From IMG/VR virus record IMGVR_UViG_3300046716_000020: 41,643 nucleotides of DNA; one strand, 5' to 3'. How positions within the stretch are numbered: position 1 is the first letter of the stretch; every line of letters begins with the position of its first letter. Shown here one piece after another: positions 40,235 to 41,643 of this stretch. Below the pieces are notes generated by a model, which made no database searches, was not told the DNA's origin, and saw nothing but the letters and a program-made list of their open reading frames with translations. The stretch comes from a virus. A program made the translations under genes and the position numbers.

Positions 40235-40456
40235 ATGATCTCGGATGGCAGCAAGCAGCTTGACCGTGACGCGATCGTCGGTCAGGTGACGAGCTTCGTG
40301 CTCATGGTCGGAGCAACGGCCGCACTCGGCGCACTCGGTCAGCTCGATCTCGCGACCGTTCCCGGTTGGCTTCAAGGGGCGGCAGTGCTCGCGGTCGGAA
40401 CGGTGACCGGTCTCTTGACCACCTACCTCTCCAAGAAGAACATCACAAGCGTCTGA
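40235..40456 (+). CDS. Holin-like two-TM protein (73 aa), last gene of the rightward arm
   Basis: VTSFVLMVGATAALGALG and AAVLAVGTVTGLLTTYL. SD AAAGGAA. Confidence 0.65.
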   Translation: MISDGSKQLDRDAIVGQVTSFVLMVGATAALGALGQLDLATVPGWLQGAAVLAVGTVTGLLTTYLSKKNITSV

Positions 40457-40471
40457 CCCGACAGCAGAATG

Positions 40472-40498
40472 AAGCCCCGCCCAACTTGGGCGGGGCTT
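40472..40498. terminator. Bidirectional terminator at the convergence of the two arms (AAGCCCCGCCC/GGGCGGGGCTT)
   Basis: 11-bp G/C stem. The plus strand continues GGCTTTTGTG and the minus strand continues CATTCTGCTG. It sits between the stops at 40456 (+) and 40509 (-). Confidence 0.7.
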
Positions 40499-40508
40499 GG
40501 CTTTTGTG

Positions 40509-41237
40509 TCAGAACTTCCGTGCACACACCGGGCCGATACCGTTCGCGATACTGGTCTCATCCGTCAGTTCCGTACCGCACTGGCAGCACACCCCGTACA
40601 GCTTGCCGTATTCCTTCGCCTGATCCAACGTCATCCTGTGCTCTGGACGGAGTTGGCGGATCGCCCCAGGCGCGTACTCGAAACCGTGCTCGGTAAGGGT
40701 CTTCGCGTACAGTCGACCGCTACCATGCTTGGCAATCTGGACCTTGTACACGACATCGTCTTTGAGATACATGCCATCGGTGACTTCGTTTGCCTTCCCT
40801 TCCGCCGGACGTGCGGCACGCGCAGCGTTCGCTGCGGCTTGCGCCTTCCGATTCGACTCCGCTCGGACTTCTTCGGCAACCGGACGGAGTCGATCGATCA
40901 TCTCGCTGGCCTGCTTCTTCGTGAAGCCGATCCGGTAGACATCTTCGATGTCGTCACGGATCCCGGTGATCGTGAAGTTGAGTGAGATGATGTAGTTGAT
41001 CTGGGAATCGGTCGCGGCATCCGAACGGCGAACCGAAGTGTCACCATGCCCGGTTCCGACCGCTTCCGCCGCCATCGCAAAAGCGTCGCCGCGACCAGAC
41101 GGGCGACGAGACTCTTCGATCGAGCATACGGGCTTCAGGCCCATGGCGGTAAGCTCGCGGTTCATGTCGGTCAGGTACTCGACCTCATTCATGCCGTCCA
41201 TGATGATCGCCCCAACTCGTGTCATTGTCTGCGTCAT
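40509..41237 (-). CDS. Protein with a C-terminal DUF6011-like zinc ribbon (YGVCCQCGTELTDETSIANGIGPVCARKF)
   Basis: C-terminal CxxCG..LT...S...GIGP.C signature. Central ATDSQINYIISL...FTKKQASEMIDRL helix pair. Leaderless ATG 41237. Confidence 0.75.
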   Translation of the reverse strand: MTQTMTRVGAIIMDGMNEVEYLTDMNRELTAMGLKPVCSIEESRRPSGRGDAFAMAAEAVGTGHGDTSVRRSDAATDSQINYIISLNFTITGIRDDIEDVYRIGFTKKQASEMIDRLRPVAEEVRAESNRKAQAAANAARAARPAEGKANEVTDGMYLKDDVVYKVQIAKHGSGRLYAKTLTEHGFEYAPGAIRQLRPEHRMTLDQAKEYGKLYGVCCQCGTELTDETSIANGIGPVCARKF

Positions 41238-41243
41238 GCCCGA

Positions 41244-41272
41244 AGTCTAGCCCAGATCAGTTCAGATCACAA
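41244..41272 (-). promoter_or_regulatory. Promoter family copy: TTGTGA (41272..41267), 17 nt tctgaactgatctgggc, TAGACT (41249..41244), 6 nt, ATG 41237
   Basis: Read on the minus strand. A second TTGTGATC half-copy lies at 41305..41298. Confidence 0.7.
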
Positions 41273-41327
41273 CTAGTTTCCGTGCGGGCGGATCATGATC
41301 ACAACCCTGACCGACCGACAGCAGAAT

Positions 41328-41356
41328 GAAGCCCCGCCCGAGTCGGGCGGGGCTTC
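41328..41356 (-). terminator. 13-bp stem / 3-nt loop hairpin (GAAGCCCCGCCCG/CGGGCGGGGCTTC), paralogous to terminator 40472-40498
   Basis: Lies between the stop of 41365..41625 and promoter 41272..41244. It shares the upstream CGACAGCAGAATGAAGCCCCGCCC with the 40460-40482 copy. Confidence 0.6.
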
Positions 41357-41364
41357 GCTTGACT

Positions 41365-41625
41365 TCAGGCGGCGTAGATTCCACTGCGCTCGTTGCTGAT
41401 CCGGATCATGCGCGCCGGGTGGTTGGCCATCGTGACGAAGCCGTGGATACGCTCGTCACGATTCTTACCGGTCCGCTTGCTCAGCGCTTCAGCGGTCGCA
41501 CCGGTCAGAACAGCTTCGCTGGCGTTCGCGGGGTGAGTCGCGCAACCGCATGAGATCCGGATAGCAGGCTTGCCGTCCTTGGTGGTTTGCAGGATCTTCG
41601 CTTCGACCTTGCTCGTCTTCGTCAT
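41365..41625 (-). CDS. Hypothetical protein (86 aa), leaderless, transcribed from the junction-spanning promoter
   Basis: The first ATG (41631) abuts the -10. The second ATG (41625, MTKTSKVEAK) lies 6 nt after TAGGCT. Confidence 0.7.
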   Translation of the reverse strand: MTKTSKVEAKILQTTKDGKPAIRISCGCATHPANASEAVLTGATAEALSKRTGKNRDERIHGFVTMANHPARMIRISNERSGIYAA

Positions 41626-41643
41626 ACCCATAGCCTAGCGTAC

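Overview
The window is one complete genome-length unit of a G+C-rich, siphovirus-type actinobacteriophage or phage-like element. Bases 1-28 repeat exactly at 41616-41643, so the unit is 41,615 bp plus a 28-nt closing overlap. Two divergent arms leave a control region at about 11.5-11.7 kb.

The leftward (minus) arm holds about 25 mostly small early genes. It runs down to base 1 and continues through the window junction to 40509. It includes a 2-TM protein, an SF2 helicase, a RecB/Cas4-like PD-(D/E)XK exonuclease, a papain-like hydrolase, a DUF2637+HTH membrane protein, a WhiB-like regulator with duplicated Cys repeats, and a DUF6011-like protein.

The rightward (plus) arm carries, in order: an RHH regulator, a PrimPol+RepA-like primase/helicase, a dense 9-bp iteron array, RusA, an HTH (TerS-like) protein, a C5 DNA methyltransferase and TerL. 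These are followed by a moron-like block of tiny coupled ORFs plus a signal-peptide protein, then portal, ClpP-like protease and HK97-type capsid. The arm ends with connectors, two paralogous tail-tube-like proteins, G/G-T chaperones with a CCCTTTG slippery site, tape measure, minor tail proteins, and a lysin plus three membrane proteins. The arms converge on a bidirectional terminator at 40472-40498.

I saw no integrase, partition genes, rRNA, CRISPR array or canonical cloverleaf tRNA.

Most notable non-standard signals:
- A six-copy promoter family with a conserved spacer. Five copies sit exactly 6 nt upstream of an ATG, which predicts leaderless mRNAs.
- The iteron array, including a 21-bp unit present three times.
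- Two paralogous tRNA-like modules (T-arm plus acceptor) inside two long ORF-free spacers of the early operon.
- A zinc-ribbon ORF with a perfect SD but ATC at the start position.
- A chain of sub-60-aa translationally coupled ORFs that the ORF track does not show.

Many ORF-track starts are over-extended. I re-set them using ATGA/GTGA/TGATG start-stop overlaps and SD motifs. All functional calls come from motif recognition by eye; no database search was run.
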